Source of the DNA: Myxococcota bacterium
GTDB lineage: Bacteria; Myxococcota_A; UBA796; SXON01
Direction of reading: 5' to 3'
DNA length: 64,000 bases
Assembly: GCA_040386535.1 (NCBI GenBank)
Contig: JAZKFH010000027.1
Coordinates: 44,314-108,313 of the forward strand
Shown here piece by piece: positions 30,016 to 41,754 of the stretch. The notes beneath the pieces were generated by a model. It did no database searches. It was not told the origin of the DNA and saw only the letters and a list, made by a program, of their open reading frames with translations. The translations under genes and the position numbers were made by a program. Each line of letters begins with the position of its first letter. The stretch's first letter is position 1.

Positions 30016-32330
30016 CAGTGGCCCTCCGTCCTTAGCAGGTCGATGATCGAGTCCTCGGCCAGGACCTGGTCGAGCGTCTCCCGCCGGTCGGGGAGCGCGA
30101 CGGGGACGGGGCAGGGGTCGACCGAACGTGTGTAGTAGAGCCGGTCCTCCACGAGGGCGGGGCCGGTACCGCAGAGCTCGAGGAGACGTGGGCTCCCACC
30201 CGGGCTGTTCGCGGACGCCGAGGCGCGCACCAGTACCGACCACCCCATCACCTGGCGCTGGGCGAGGAGGTTCTGGGGGACGGTCATCGCCTGCGGCACC
30301 GTGTAGCCCTCCAGGGACACCCGAGGATCGCGCTCGAACGTGATCCCGTCGGGAGAGGTGGCCATCATGATCCGGCTGCGCCCCTCCGTCAGGTACATGC
30401 GCCATGGTCCACCCGGGATCGCGGGCCGGACGCTCGGATCCACCATCCCCATCCCCTCGATCCGCACCCCCGCCTCCCGCACGAGCGCGTCGAGCGAGGG
30501 CCCGCGCCAGCTCACGATCCGCGTCGCGTGCGAAGCGGGGTCCACGCGCCGGTCCGAGCCGACGAGCTCCGCGGCGAACAGCCGCAGCTCCCCGTCCACC
30601 TCGACCACCGCCGGATCGAACGCCACGATCGGCCCCGTCGCGTCCACGAGCGGCCGCGCCTCCCCGAAGGTGAACCCGTCCGTGCTCGACGCGCGCCAGA
30701 TCGCCTGGTCCCGCACGAACAGCGCCTCCCAGCCCGCCTCCGTCCGCACCACCTCGGCGCTCGACGCCCCTGCGATCAGCGGCCCGCGCTCCTCCCCGTC
30801 CACGTACACCCACAAGCCCTGGCGGGATGGGTGGTTGCGCCGCTCGGCCTCCTCGGGCGTGGCCAGCAACGTCTCGGGCGGCAGGCCGCGGTCCCAGAGC
30901 TCGACGACATAGCCGTCGGGCCACGCGAGGGTCGCGGTCGCGGGCGGGAGGCCCGAGCGCCACCCCTGGCGCACCGTGGGGACGCCGCTGGGGGCGATGA
31001 CCACGCCGAGATCCGTGGGCTGGGCGAGCGGGCGGTGATCGTCGATCACGACCAGCTCGAGGGGCAGGCCCCGCTCCAGCGCCCGCACCGCGAAGAGCCC
31101 GTAGTGGAGCCGATCGGAGCCGGCGAGGTGCAGCGCGACGCGGGTGCGCGGCGCGCCCCGGTCCGCGCCGGAGGGGGGCGCGTGCGCCAGGAGCCAGTCG
31201 AACACGGCGTCGACGTCGAACGGGGCGCCCGTCTCCACGGCCCGCAGCGCCACGGGGCGCCCGGGCCAACCGTCGCGAGCGGTGTGGTACCCGCCGACCT
31301 GCACCAGCGCGAGCAGCCCGAGCGCGCCGAGGCCCCAGCGCCCCCACGCCGCCGTGGCCGCCCCCGCCGAGGCGATCGCGAGCAGCGGCACGACCGGCAG
31401 CGCGTACCGGACCTGCGCGAAGAACGCGAGCGGGACGAGCCCGAGGAGCGCGCCCGCGGCCCACGCCAACACGCGCAACGTCAGGACGTCCCCCCGCGCG
31501 AGCAACGCGAGCACCACCCCGGCGAGCAGCGCCGGCCCGGCGACCGTGCCCGTGCTCTGGAGGTGGTACGCGATCCGCTGCCCGATCGTCGACACGGCGC
31601 CCTGCCCCCCGGAGTCCCCCGCGTACGCGACGAGCGCGCCGACGTTCGGGACGTACAACGCGGCGACCACGAGCGTGCCCACCCACACGCGCCGCCGTCC
31701 CGACACCAGCGCGTCGATCGCGAGCACCGCGAGCACGGGCAGCGCGGCGAGCTTGCAGAGCGCCGCCCCCGCGAGGCCGATGGCAGCGCGGTTCCAGCGC
31801 CCCGCGAGCCCCTGGCCCGCGGCGTAGGCGGTGCACGCCATCAGCGGGAAGTCGAGGAGCAGCTCGCTCCCGAAGGTGAGCGTCCCGGCGGCGCCGAGCC
31901 CGGCGAGCAGCGCCCACGCCCCGCCCGCGCGCCCGCCGAGCACGTTCCCGCCGCGCCACAGCCCGGCCGCCGCGAGCACGTGGAACGGCAACAGCGCGCC
32001 CACCGCCACGATCCGCGCGCCGCCGAACAGCGCCATCCACAGCCCCATCCAGATGGGCACGAGCTGGGGGTTCGGCACCACGGTGCCGACGTTCTCGGCG
32101 AACCACCGTGCATCCAGGAGGCCCCACGCGCGCATGGCCTCGAGCGCGAGGGCGTAGGTGTGGGCCACATCCGGGGAGTCGACGCCGACGGGGTGCGCGG
32201 CCATCCACATCGCGTGGGCGCACGACAGGAGCGCGGCGAGCCCGACGATCACGCGCTCTCGGGGGTCCAGGGGGCCCCGGCCCCCTGGCGGGGCGTTGCG
32301 GGGCAGAGCCCCGCCCCAAGAAGCGCCCAT
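30015..32330 (-). CDS. ArnT/GT39-like membrane glycosyltransferase with C-terminal propeller-like domain (start uncertain)
   Basis: Multi-TM N-half (LLDFP, CKL, RYALP); C-half FDPAVV, VDPSV, ATSPDGITF. Confidence 0.65.
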   Translation of the reverse strand: MGASWGGALPRNAPPGGRGPLDPRERVIVGLAALLSCAHAMWMAAHPVGVDSPDVAHTYALALEAMRAWGLLDARWFAENVGTVVPNPQLVPIWMGLWMALFGGARIVAVGALLPFHVLAAAGLWRGGNVLGGRAGGAWALLAGLGAAGTLTFGSELLLDFPLMACTAYAAGQGLAGRWNRAAIGLAGAALCKLAALPVLAVLAIDALVSGRRRVWVGTLVVAALYVPNVGALVAYAGDSGGQGAVSTIGQRIAYHLQSTGTVAGPALLAGVVLALLARGDVLTLRVLAWAAGALLGLVPLAFFAQVRYALPVVPLLAIASAGAATAAWGRWGLGALGLLALVQVGGYHTARDGWPGRPVALRAVETGAPFDVDAVFDWLLAHAPPSGADRGAPRTRVALHLAGSDRLHYGLFAVRALERGLPLELVVIDDHRPLAQPTDLGVVIAPSGVPTVRQGWRSGLPPATATLAWPDGYVVELWDRGLPPETLLATPEEAERRNHPSRQGLWVYVDGEERGPLIAGASSAEVVRTEAGWEALFVRDQAIWRASSTDGFTFGEARPLVDATGPIVAFDPAVVEVDGELRLFAAELVGSDRRVDPASHATRIVSWRGPSLDALVREAGVRIEGMGMVDPSVRPAIPGGPWRMYLTEGRSRIMMATSPDGITFERDPRVSLEGYTVPQAMTVPQNLLAQRQVMGWSVLVRASASANSPGGSPRLLELCGTGPALVEDRLYYTRSVDPCPVPVALPDRRETLDQVLAEDSIIDLLRTEGH
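32261..32315. repeat. REP-like double hairpin
   Basis: CCAGGGGGC-cccg-GCCCCCTGG and GCGGGGC-aga-GCCCCGC. Confidence 0.55.
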
Positions 32331-32337
32331 CGAAGCT

Positions 32338-33165
32338 CTAGACGAGGTCGGCGAACTGCCGCCGATTGTGCGCGAACACGCTCGCCCCGATGAGCAACGC
32401 CGCCACCGCGGAGAGGCCCGCCCACAACATCGAGTTGAAGTAGGGGATGTGGTGGTTCAGCAACAAGCCCTGGAAGATCCCGACGAACTGCGCCATGGGG
32501 TTGGGGTAGAGCAGGAGCACGAACTCGCGCGGGTAGGCGGACGCCGGGTAGAACACGGGCGTCACGAACATGCCGATGCGGAGGCCGGCCTCGACCCAGT
32601 GGCTCATGTCGCGAAAGTACACGTTCAGGGTGGCGAGCAGCAGCCCGATGCCGAGCGTGAAGCATGCCTGCAACACGATGAACGGCGCGAGGAGCAGCAC
32701 GTGCCAGGAGATGCCCTCGCCGAGGAGGACCATGCCGAAGAGCAGGATCAACAGGCGGAAGAGCTGGGCGACCACGGAGGAGACGACCACGTGGGCCGGC
32801 AGCACGATCGACGGGAAGTTGATCTTGCGCAACAGGTGCGCGTGCGTGCGGATCGAGGTCGTGGCGCGGGTGATGCCGTCGGCGAAACCGCTCCACGCGA
32901 GCATGCCGCAGAACAGGAACAGGACGTAGTGGGTCGTGTTCCCGGTCGGGTGGAACTTGATGCCGATGAGCCCGTGAAAGACGAACGTGAACGTCACGAG
33001 CTCGAAGATCGGGTTCACCACGGTCCAGAAGAAGCCGATCGAGCTGCCGACGTAACGCGCGCGCAGATCGTTCACGACGAACGCCCACAACAGGCCACGC
33101 GCCCGCCACAGCTCGACGAGCTCGGAGCGCACGCTCGCGGCCGGTGGCGCGGCCGCGTGGCTCAC
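32338..33165 (-). CDS. ABC-2 polysaccharide export permease (Wzm/RfbA-type)
   Basis: DLRARYVGS.IGFFW..VNP, LLRKINFP, YFRD, TPVFYP, NPM. Confidence 0.88.
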   Translation of the reverse strand: MSHAAAPPAASVRSELVELWRARGLLWAFVVNDLRARYVGSSIGFFWTVVNPIFELVTFTFVFHGLIGIKFHPTGNTTHYVLFLFCGMLAWSGFADGITRATTSIRTHAHLLRKINFPSIVLPAHVVVSSVVAQLFRLLILLFGMVLLGEGISWHVLLLAPFIVLQACFTLGIGLLLATLNVYFRDMSHWVEAGLRIGMFVTPVFYPASAYPREFVLLLYPNPMAQFVGIFQGLLLNHHIPYFNSMLWAGLSAVAALLIGASVFAHNRRQFADLV

Positions 33166-33181
33166 GCGCACCGGCGTGGCG

Positions 33182-34627
33182 TCAGTTGGCGCGCGAGTCG
33201 GCTGCACCAAAATACACGCTCGCGCCGATGCCGACGTAGGTGACGGAGGACGAGAGGACGCCGTTGCCGACGACCTTGCCGGGCACCACCGCGCTCTCGG
33301 AGGGGTCAGCGATCGAGGTCCAGAGGGCCTGCTGGGCGGCCGCGGAGTCGGTGATGGTGCGGGAGCCCATGAACTGCTGGGCGAACGCCACGTCGATGGC
33401 GACGCGCTTGGCGATGGTGAACGTGCCGCCCGCGCCGATGCCCACCTTGCTGCTGTCGGGCAGGTTCACGCCGAGCGTCGCGTCGGGGATGGCGCCGGTC
33501 TCGTAGTGGCCGCCGAGCCGCACCTGGGCCCACTCGTTGATCTGCCAGTCGCCGCCGAGGCGCACGGAGAAGGCGTCCTGAAAGCCGGTCTTGAAGACGA
33601 TGTCCTCGGCCACCACGATGTCCTCGGTGAGGAACGGGGCGTCCTCCGCGTGGGGCACCACCATGTCCATGTCAGTGATGAGGAACTCGCTCATGGTCGA
33701 CCACTGGTGGAACACGCCGTCGAGCTCGATGCGCACGGAGTCGATGGGGATGACCTGCACGCCCGCGCGCAGCACGAGCGGCACGGTGACCTTCAGGGTG
33801 GTGTCCTGGTCGCTGAACTCCAGGCCGTCGATCTGGCTCGCCAGCGTGAAGTCCTCGCTGAAGCCCGCGGTGAGCGAGCCCGGCGCCGAGTAGGAGATGG
33901 GCGGCTGGATGGAGGCGCCGATCTGGAGCTGCTTGATCGGCGTGAGGATGAAGCCGGCGTTCCAGGAGAGCTCGAACGGATCCCAGTTCTTGACGGCGAG
34001 ATCGAGGTCGTTCTTCGGGTCCTCGAGGTTCTTCTTGGGGTCGGAGCAGTCCTCCGGATCCGGCAGCAGGCAGATCGTGGCGGCCAGGCGCTCCTCGACG
34101 CGGAGGAACGTGTACTGGAGGCCCGCGCCGATCGTGAGCCAGGGCGTGATCTTCTGCGCGACGCTGGGGCCGGCGTACGCCTGCCAGATCAGCGAGTCCT
34201 GCAGCTGGTAGCGCTGCGCGCCGTCCTCCGGGTAGGCGAGGTACGGCGCGGTCGGGACGTAGAGACCCACCGCGAACGTGGTGTTCTTCAGGATGGGGTG
34301 GATGCCGCCGAGGGGCGCCGCGAACCCGATCTGGGGCTCGAGGATGGGCGGCGACTCGTTCTTCACGGCGTCGAACGTGAGCCCGTTGTCGGGCTCGTCG
34401 GCGCGGTCGAAGTTGACGACCTGGTTCGCGGCCCAGCCCTGGATGTTGAGCATCGGCCGCTTGATGTTGTGCAATGCCGCGGGGTTGTAGTACTGCGCCG
34501 ACAGGTCGTCCGCGCCCACCACGTAGGCGCCGCCGCGGCCCATCGCCCGCACACCCGAGTCGATGTAGTAGTAGCCGGACGCGAACGCGGGGTTCGAAGC
34601 AACGACAGTGGCGAGCAGCCAGAGCAT
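33182..34627 (-). CDS. OmpP1/FadL-family outer-membrane transporter
   Basis: Signal peptide, RAMGRGGAYV..ADD.SA.YYNPA. Confidence 0.88.
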   Translation of the reverse strand: MLWLLATVVASNPAFASGYYYIDSGVRAMGRGGAYVVGADDLSAQYYNPAALHNIKRPMLNIQGWAANQVVNFDRADEPDNGLTFDAVKNESPPILEPQIGFAAPLGGIHPILKNTTFAVGLYVPTAPYLAYPEDGAQRYQLQDSLIWQAYAGPSVAQKITPWLTIGAGLQYTFLRVEERLAATICLLPDPEDCSDPKKNLEDPKNDLDLAVKNWDPFELSWNAGFILTPIKQLQIGASIQPPISYSAPGSLTAGFSEDFTLASQIDGLEFSDQDTTLKVTVPLVLRAGVQVIPIDSVRIELDGVFHQWSTMSEFLITDMDMVVPHAEDAPFLTEDIVVAEDIVFKTGFQDAFSVRLGGDWQINEWAQVRLGGHYETGAIPDATLGVNLPDSSKVGIGAGGTFTIAKRVAIDVAFAQQFMGSRTITDSAAAQQALWTSIADPSESAVVPGKVVGNGVLSSSVTYVGIGASVYFGAADSRAN

Positions 34628-34681
34628 CGGGAAGGACCTTCGGGTGACGCCGCTTTCATACCATGCCTGCCGACCGAGGGA

Positions 34682-35416
34682 TCAGTCCCCGGCCGCCTGG
34701 CCCGCGTCCTCCACCCAGCCCGCGTCGTCGGGCGTAAAATCCGTCGCGACGCCGCTCAGCGTGTACCGGTAGGCGCACGCGTCCGACGCGGTCAACGTGC
34801 AGCCCGCCTCGCCGCAGTCGTACTCGAGCTTGGTGTTGGCGGCGGCGGCCTCGGTCCCGCCGGTGTCGATGCGCAGGAGGTAGTCGGCGGCCGGGAGGTT
34901 GCCGGTGTTGCCGATGATGGTCGCGGCCTCCTCGGTCCAGGTGTCGGACTCGGCCCAGGCGTCGATGCCGCTGGTCTCCGACTCGAACGAGCCGGTGAAC
35001 ACGCCCTTCGCGAAGGTGCCCTGCACCCGCAACGTCGTGGTGGACTCGTGCGAGTGGTCGTAGGTGTAGCCGCTGACGTGGTCCAGGCTCTCGTCTCCAG
35101 CGGAGGAGCCGGTCCAGTAGAACAGCCAGCTGTCGTCGTCCTGGAGGGTGCCGGGCAAGGCGTCGGTGCCGATGATCAGCACGGCGCCGGTGCCGGTCTC
35201 CTCAATGCGCCCGAACAACACCTCGGCGCTCTGATCGCCGGAGTCGGCCTCGGTCCACGACGGATCGTCGCCCGCCTCGATCGGCTCGTAGGCGCCGACG
35301 AAGTTGTGGATCACGTCGTCCGTGCACTCGTCCCCGGTGGCGATCGTCACGTCCTTCGTGAACAGCCACGTGCCGTCGATCGGGGGCGCGCAGGCGACCA
35401 GGAGGGCGAACAACAT
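34682..35416 (-). CDS. Hypothetical acidic lipoprotein
   Basis: MLFALLVAC lipobox. Confidence 0.65.
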   Translation of the reverse strand: MLFALLVACAPPIDGTWLFTKDVTIATGDECTDDVIHNFVGAYEPIEAGDDPSWTEADSGDQSAEVLFGRIEETGTGAVLIIGTDALPGTLQDDDSWLFYWTGSSAGDESLDHVSGYTYDHSHESTTTLRVQGTFAKGVFTGSFESETSGIDAWAESDTWTEEAATIIGNTGNLPAADYLLRIDTGGTEAAAANTKLEYDCGEAGCTLTASDACAYRYTLSGVATDFTPDDAGWVEDAGQAAGD

Positions 35417-35542
35417 GGGAATCTCCGGCAACGGGGCGTCCTAACGGCGTGGTCGCGGAAGAGCGAGGCGGCGCCGGGGTCGTGGAGCCGGGGTCGTGGG
35501 CGGCGGCCATTTTCTGGCACGCCACCGCGATAGGCTGCGGGA

Positions 35543-36616
35543 ATGGCGACGCCGACCTACTGGGACTACCTCCAACTCGACAAGCTCCTCGACCAGCAGG
35601 GGGGCCTGGGTGACGCGGTCTCGCCCGACGAGCTGCACTTCATCATCGTGCACCAGGCGTACGAGCTCTGGTTCAAGCTGATCCTCTCGCAGCTCCGGCT
35701 CGCGCGCGACCACCTCGCCGCGCCGCACCTGCCCGAGGAGCAGGTGCCCTTCGTCGTGCACCACCTGGGCCGCGTGAACGAGATCCTCAAGCTCTGCGTC
35801 GACCAGTTCCGCGTGATGGAGACCCTCCCGCCGCAGGACTTCCTCGATTTCCGCGAGAAGCTCACGCCGTCGAGCGGCTTTCAGAGCTTCCAGATGCGCG
35901 AGATGGAGATGATCCTCGGGCTCGCCGAGGTGCAGCGCTCCCCGTACGGCAACGTGCACGCCCTCGCGCACATCCGCTCCTTCGGCGAGGCCACGCCCGC
36001 CGCGATGCTCGCGCGCTCCCGCATCGAGGCGGCCTCCCAGGAGACCACCCTGCGCGACGCGCTAATCCGTTGGCTCGCGCGCACGCCCATCCAGGGCTCC
36101 AAGCCGGGCGACGAGGGGGACGACGCCGCGGTCGACGCGTTCGTCGAGGCCTACCTCGGCCAGGCCGAATCGCACGCGCGCGCCGGTATCGACGCGCTGG
36201 CCGCCGTGCTCGGCGAGGAGGAGCGCCCGCGCATCACCGAGCGGGTCGAGTCGGGTCTGAAGGGCTCGCGCGACTTCCTGCTCCCCGAGGACCGCGGCGC
36301 CCGCCGCGCCCGCGCCGCCCTGCTCTTCATCGAGTCCTACCGCGAGCTCCCGCTGCTCGCGTGGCCGCGGCTCCTGCTCGACACGGTCGTCGAGCTCGAA
36401 GAGCAGCTCCTCCTCTGGCGCAACCGCCACGCCCGCATGGTCGAGCGCACCATCGGCCGCCGCGTCGGCACCGGCGGCTCCTCCGGGGTCGACTACCTCG
36501 ACAAGACCACGCAGCAGCGCATCTTCCCGGAGCTCTGGGCCGTGCGGACCGCGCTCCTGCCGCGCAACCAGCTCCCGCCGCTCGTGGCGCCGGAGCGGTA
36601 CGGGTTCGCTGGTTAG
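35543..36616 (+). CDS. kynA: Tryptophan 2,3-dioxygenase
   Basis: YWDYLQLDKLL..Q, FIIVHQAYELWFK, SGFQSFQ.R, WR.RH..MVER.IG..GTGGSSG..YL. Confidence 0.93.
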   Translation: MATPTYWDYLQLDKLLDQQGGLGDAVSPDELHFIIVHQAYELWFKLILSQLRLARDHLAAPHLPEEQVPFVVHHLGRVNEILKLCVDQFRVMETLPPQDFLDFREKLTPSSGFQSFQMREMEMILGLAEVQRSPYGNVHALAHIRSFGEATPAAMLARSRIEAASQETTLRDALIRWLARTPIQGSKPGDEGDDAAVDAFVEAYLGQAESHARAGIDALAAVLGEEERPRITERVESGLKGSRDFLLPEDRGARRARAALLFIESYRELPLLAWPRLLLDTVVELEEQLLLWRNRHARMVERTIGRRVGTGGSSGVDYLDKTTQQRIFPELWAVRTALLPRNQLPPLVAPERYGFAG

Positions 36617-36685
36617 ATCCGGGTTTTCCTGGGACAGGGGGGCGCCGCCCCCCCGTAACGCCCCCCGGAGCCCGCGCGGTGGGGC

Positions 36686-37480
36686 TCACCAGCGCCGCTC
36701 CACCCTCCCCAGGACCTGCAGCGTCGGCTCCTGGACGAACACCACCAACGGCACGGCGAGCCCCACGTCGCCCTCCCAACCATGTCCGAAGTCGTGACGC
36801 GCGAGCGCGCGGATGTGGAGCGGGCTGGGGCCGGAGAGCAGCTCGACTTCGGCGACGATGTCCCAGCGCGGTGCGACCGGCTGGATCGTGGCGAGGCTCG
36901 TGACCGCGTCGATCATGCCGCTCAAGCCAGAGTAGCCCCACCCCTCGCCGGTGCGGATGCCGACGTGGGTGTGCCATGCCCAGCGCTCGGTCGCGCCGGT
37001 GTAGGCGAGGGCGATGCCCCACATCGGGACCGTTGCCTGCGGCACGGTGCCCCACCACGCGAGCTCGCCGTGCGGTCCCTCGCGGAAGCCGGTGGGGAGG
37101 GCGCCGCGGATGCCGAACGCGTGCGTGGCGGCGCGGCCGAACAGGCCCCGCACGTCGACCACCGTGTTGCCGAGCCCGATGCCGCTCCAGCGGTCGCTCA
37201 CCGCCGCGGTGCCGGCCACCTCGATGGCGAGCCCGAAGGATTGCGAGGCGTACATCCCGCGCAGCGTGAGCTCGCCGATCGTGGCGCCGTCGAAGTCCTG
37301 GACGAAGGCGACGCGCGTGGACGCGGAGGTGTCGGCGGCGGGGACCGCCGTGCGGAAGCCGGTCGTGCCGTAGCGGGGCGCGGGGCCGGTGAAGCGGCCG
37401 CGGCCAGGGCGGGGGTCGGGGAGGGGGAGCGCGGCGGGCTCGTCCTGACCCCAAGCGAGGGCGAGGATCGCGAGGATCAC
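36686..37480 (-). CDS. Putative outer-membrane beta-barrel protein (paralog B2)
   Basis: Paralog of 38415-39248 (VQDFDGATIGELTLRG; WWGTVP; PTLQVL.RVERRW). Confidence 0.7.
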   Translation of the reverse strand: MILAILALAWGQDEPAALPLPDPRPGRGRFTGPAPRYGTTGFRTAVPAADTSASTRVAFVQDFDGATIGELTLRGMYASQSFGLAIEVAGTAAVSDRWSGIGLGNTVVDVRGLFGRAATHAFGIRGALPTGFREGPHGELAWWGTVPQATVPMWGIALAYTGATERWAWHTHVGIRTGEGWGYSGLSGMIDAVTSLATIQPVAPRWDIVAEVELLSGPSPLHIRALARHDFGHGWEGDVGLAVPLVVFVQEPTLQVLGRVERRW

Positions 37481-38418
37481 CGGCCCCCCGAGTCGGCCGC
37501 GCCGGTCTCCACGGCGCCCGTGTCTTCCGCGGTGTCCCACGCGCCCGTGTCACCCGAGCCGCCGTTGCACCGCCCGAATGCGGTCTCCTCGAGGTCGGGC
37601 ACGAGCGCCGCGCATGCCGCGGCGTCCGCCGCCGGGGGGCCGTCTCCCTCTACCGTGTGGAATTGGACCGTCGGGAGCGCCGCGTGTCGGAAGGGGATCT
37701 CGTTGCCCGAGCCCTCGTCCCACGGGCCGATCTCCCAGGTGTAGTCGGTGTCGCCGCGGAGCCCGTCCCGCGCGCAGACGAACACGCGCGAAGAGGAGCC
37801 GGTCACGATGAGGGGGATGTCACTGCCGTGCTCGTCGGTCAGGCGCATGCCGCGCACGAAGGTGTCGGTGTCCCACGGGATGTAGAGCGACGAGAGCTGC
37901 GTCACGAGCGGATCGGTGGGATCCCAGACCATGCGTTCCCCACACGGCCACGACGCGTCCTGTCCGACGCCGTAGCTCGTCGCGACGAGCGCTCCCGCGA
38001 GCACCGGCAGGGCCGCGACCGCCGCCCACGTTCTCGGTGCGGCCCGCCTCCACGCCAGGACCGCCCCCAGGAGCGCGGGCAGCACGAGCAGATCAGCGGC
38101 ATCCGCGACGTGGTCGGCGCGGAACCACGCGCCCAGGGGCGCCCAGAGCTGGAGCGTGGTGTACGTGACCCCCGCGATCGCGAGCCCCAGCACGCGCGCG
38201 TAGCGCCCCGGCGCCCCGAGCCACGACGCGAGCGCGGCGACCAGCACCGGCGCCACCACGAGCCAGCCCGCGTCCGAGAGCTTGCCCGTGAGCCAGCCGG
38301 GGGCGTGCCCGCGCAGCACGAAGTCGTTCACGACGATCAGCGCGGCCGCGCCCAGGACGAGGGGATGCGCGGGGGCGGAGCGGACGTTGGTTGCCCGCCT
38401 CGGCTCGCGGGGCGTCAC
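37477..38418 (-). CDS. Membrane protein with NDxxL..GWLTGKLSD motif and Ig-like C-domain (paralog A2)
   Basis: Paralog of 39245-40174. Confidence 0.7.
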   Translation of the reverse strand: MTPREPRRATNVRSAPAHPLVLGAAALIVVNDFVLRGHAPGWLTGKLSDAGWLVVAPVLVAALASWLGAPGRYARVLGLAIAGVTYTTLQLWAPLGAWFRADHVADAADLLVLPALLGAVLAWRRAAPRTWAAVAALPVLAGALVATSYGVGQDASWPCGERMVWDPTDPLVTQLSSLYIPWDTDTFVRGMRLTDEHGSDIPLIVTGSSSRVFVCARDGLRGDTDYTWEIGPWDEGSGNEIPFRHAALPTVQFHTVEGDGPPAADAAACAALVPDLEETAFGRCNGGSGDTGAWDTAEDTGAVETGAADSGGR

Positions 38419-39244
38419 CACCGCCGCTCCACCCGCGCGAGGACCTGCAACGTCGGATCCACGAAGAAGACGGCGACGGGCACCGCGAGCCCGGCGTCGA
38501 CCTCCCAGCCGTGACCGAAGTCGTGACGCGCGAGCGCGCGGAGGTGGAGGGGGCTGAGGCTGTAGAGGGCCTCGACCTCGATCACCACGTTCCAATGGAG
38601 GGCGATCGGCTGGACGGTCGCGAAGCTGGCGCCGAGGTCGAAGAGCCCGTTGGTGTATCCGAAGTCCCAGCCCCCCACGTGAAGCCCCGCGTGCGCGTGC
38701 CAGGCGAACCGTTCCGTCACCCCGTCGTACGCGATCGCGACGCCCGAGGTCGGCACGGTCGCCTCGGGCACGGTGCCCCACCACGCAATCGCACCGTGCG
38801 GGTCACCGCGAATGCCGGTGGGGATCGAGCCGCGGAGGCCGAGCGCGTGGGTCGCCACCGGCCCGCCGAAGATGCCGCGCGCGTCCACGAACGTGTTTCC
38901 CAGGCCGGCGCCGCTCCACACGTCGCTGGCGGCGGCGGTGCCGGCCACCTCGACCGCGAGCCCGAAGTACCGCCACGCCAACCGGCCCCGGAGCGTGAGC
39001 TCGCCGATCGTGGCGCCGTCGAAGTCCTGGACGAGCGCGACGCGCGTCGAGACGCTCACGGGCCCCGCCGGGATGGCGGTGCGGAACGCGGTCGTGCCCA
39101 GGCGGGGGGCGCGCACACGGCCCGGTCGGACCGACGGTAACGGGAGCGTCTCGGTCGCCGACGGGTCCGTCGCGAGCGGATCGGCGACCGGGAGATCTTC
39201 CGCACGCGCGGTGCCGAGGAGCGCGAGCGTACACAGCCCCGCGA

Positions 39245-39248
<4 letters not shown>
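38415..39248 (-). CDS. Putative outer-membrane beta-barrel protein (paralog B1)
   Basis: Signal-like N-terminus, alternating hydrophobic strands, terminal W. Confidence 0.7.
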
Positions 39249-40174
<926 letters not shown>

Positions 40175-40225
40175 GGCGCGCAGGATAGCCGAGGTTCGCG
40201 CCGAGAACGCCCGACTCCGCGAACC

Positions 40226-40867
40226 TCAGTCCTTCTTGCCGCCCTGGATCATGTCGGACACGATCCCCGCGTCGCCGCGATGCTCCGCGACGAGGACCCC
40301 GAGCACGTGCCCGCCCGAGAAGATCACGAAGAACCACATCATCAGCTCGTGGACCTCCTTGATCGAGCCCACGAGATCCTTGCTCAGGGCCAAGGGTACC
40401 TTGAAGTACATCAGAAAGCCGGTCGTGATCATGAACACGACGCTCGCGTAGAACGCGGCGTAGCCGACGCGCACGAACGCGTAGTGGGCCGCGCGGCCCT
40501 TCCCGCCGGTCGGGGCCGTCGTCACCGCCTGGATCGCGCGCACGAACGAGCCCGACCGCGCCTTCGGCACGAAGATCCCCGTGAGGAGCCGCGCCACGAG
40601 CAGCCCCGCCAGCGTGAACCCGAAGATGTAGTGCCACTCCCACATGCGGTCGCGCAGCCCGACGGCGATCGCCTTGGCGAGCTCCGGCGTGACCGTGGTG
40701 CCGGCCTCCTGGAGCTCGGTCTGGATGAACGCGGAGTTCGTGCGCCAGCTCAGGAAGGTCTTTCGCAACAGGACGGTGCCGAGGAGGCCCACCATGGTCA
40801 GCGCGTTGAGCCAGTGCCATGCGCGGAGGGCCGTCGGCTGGTACTTCCGGAAGCTCGGGGTCTGCAT
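40226..40867 (-). CDS. Cytochrome b/b6-domain (Ni-hydrogenase cyt b-type) membrane protein
   Basis: RAWHWLNA, WHYIFG, EVHE...H..GV, IVSDMI.G. Confidence 0.85.
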   Translation of the reverse strand: MQTPSFRKYQPTALRAWHWLNALTMVGLLGTVLLRKTFLSWRTNSAFIQTELQEAGTTVTPELAKAIAVGLRDRMWEWHYIFGFTLAGLLVARLLTGIFVPKARSGSFVRAIQAVTTAPTGGKGRAAHYAFVRVGYAAFYASVVFMITTGFLMYFKVPLALSKDLVGSIKEVHELMMWFFVIFSGGHVLGVLVAEHRGDAGIVSDMIQGGKKD

Positions 40868-40947
40868 CGGCGCGGGGTAACGCGACGCTCGGCCGCGCGG
40901 CTCGACCTCGACGTTCGTTGACGCATCGCCCACGGCGTCGGCCCCCC

Positions 40948-41754
40948 TCATCGCAGCGGCGCCAACGGCCCCACCGCGGCCCGCACCGCCAGCACGTCTC
41001 GCAGGAGGGCCTCGAGGTCGGACAGGCGCACCATGTTGGGCCCGTCGGACAGGGCCTCCTCGGGGCGGTCGTGCACCTCGCAGAACAGGGCGTCGATCCC
41101 GACGGCTGCCGCAGCCCGCGCCAGGGGCGGTACCCATCGCCGATCGCCGCCCGTCGTGGCCCCGCCCGGCATCTGCACGGAGTGGGTCGCGTCGAAGCAC
41201 ACCGGCGCACCCAGCGCGCGCATCGTGGCGAGCGAGCGGAAGTCGACCACGAGGTTGTTGTAGCCGAAGGAGGCGCCGCGCTCGGTCAGCATCGCGAGGC
41301 CGGGCCGGAGCTTGCCCAGCACGTTCGCCATGTCGGCGGGCGCCACGAACTGGCCCTTCTTCACGTTGACGGGCTTGCCGGTGGCGGCGGCGGCCTCGAG
41401 GAGGTCGGTCTGGCGGCACAAGAACGCGGGCACCTGGAGCAGATCGACCACTTCCGCCGCGAGCGCGGCGTGCTCGGGCAGGTGGATGTCGGTGGTGAGG
41501 GGAACGCCCACGCGGGCCCCGATGCGGCCGAGCATCGCGAGCCCCTCGTGGATGCCCGGGCCGCGGAACGAGCCCGCGCTGGAGCGGTTCGCCTTGTCGA
41601 AGCTGGCCTTGAAGGCCCACGCCACGCCGAGGCGCGCGCACACCTCGGCGATGCCTTCGGCGATGCGGGCGGCGCCGTCCTCGTTCTCGAGCACGCACGG
41701 CCCGAGGAGGCAGACCAGGGGGCCCTGGCCGACGGGGTGGGGGCCGATGTGCAT
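40948..41754 (-). CDS. kdsA: KDO-8-phosphate synthase
   Basis: [52 protein letters not shown]. Confidence 0.95.
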   Translation of the reverse strand: MHIGPHPVGQGPLVCLLGPCVLENEDGAARIAEGIAEVCARLGVAWAFKASFDKANRSSAGSFRGPGIHEGLAMLGRIGARVGVPLTTDIHLPEHAALAAEVVDLLQVPAFLCRQTDLLEAAAATGKPVNVKKGQFVAPADMANVLGKLRPGLAMLTERGASFGYNNLVVDFRSLATMRALGAPVCFDATHSVQMPGGATTGGDRRWVPPLARAAAAVGIDALFCEVHDRPEEALSDGPNMVRLSDLEALLRDVLAVRAAVGPLAPLR

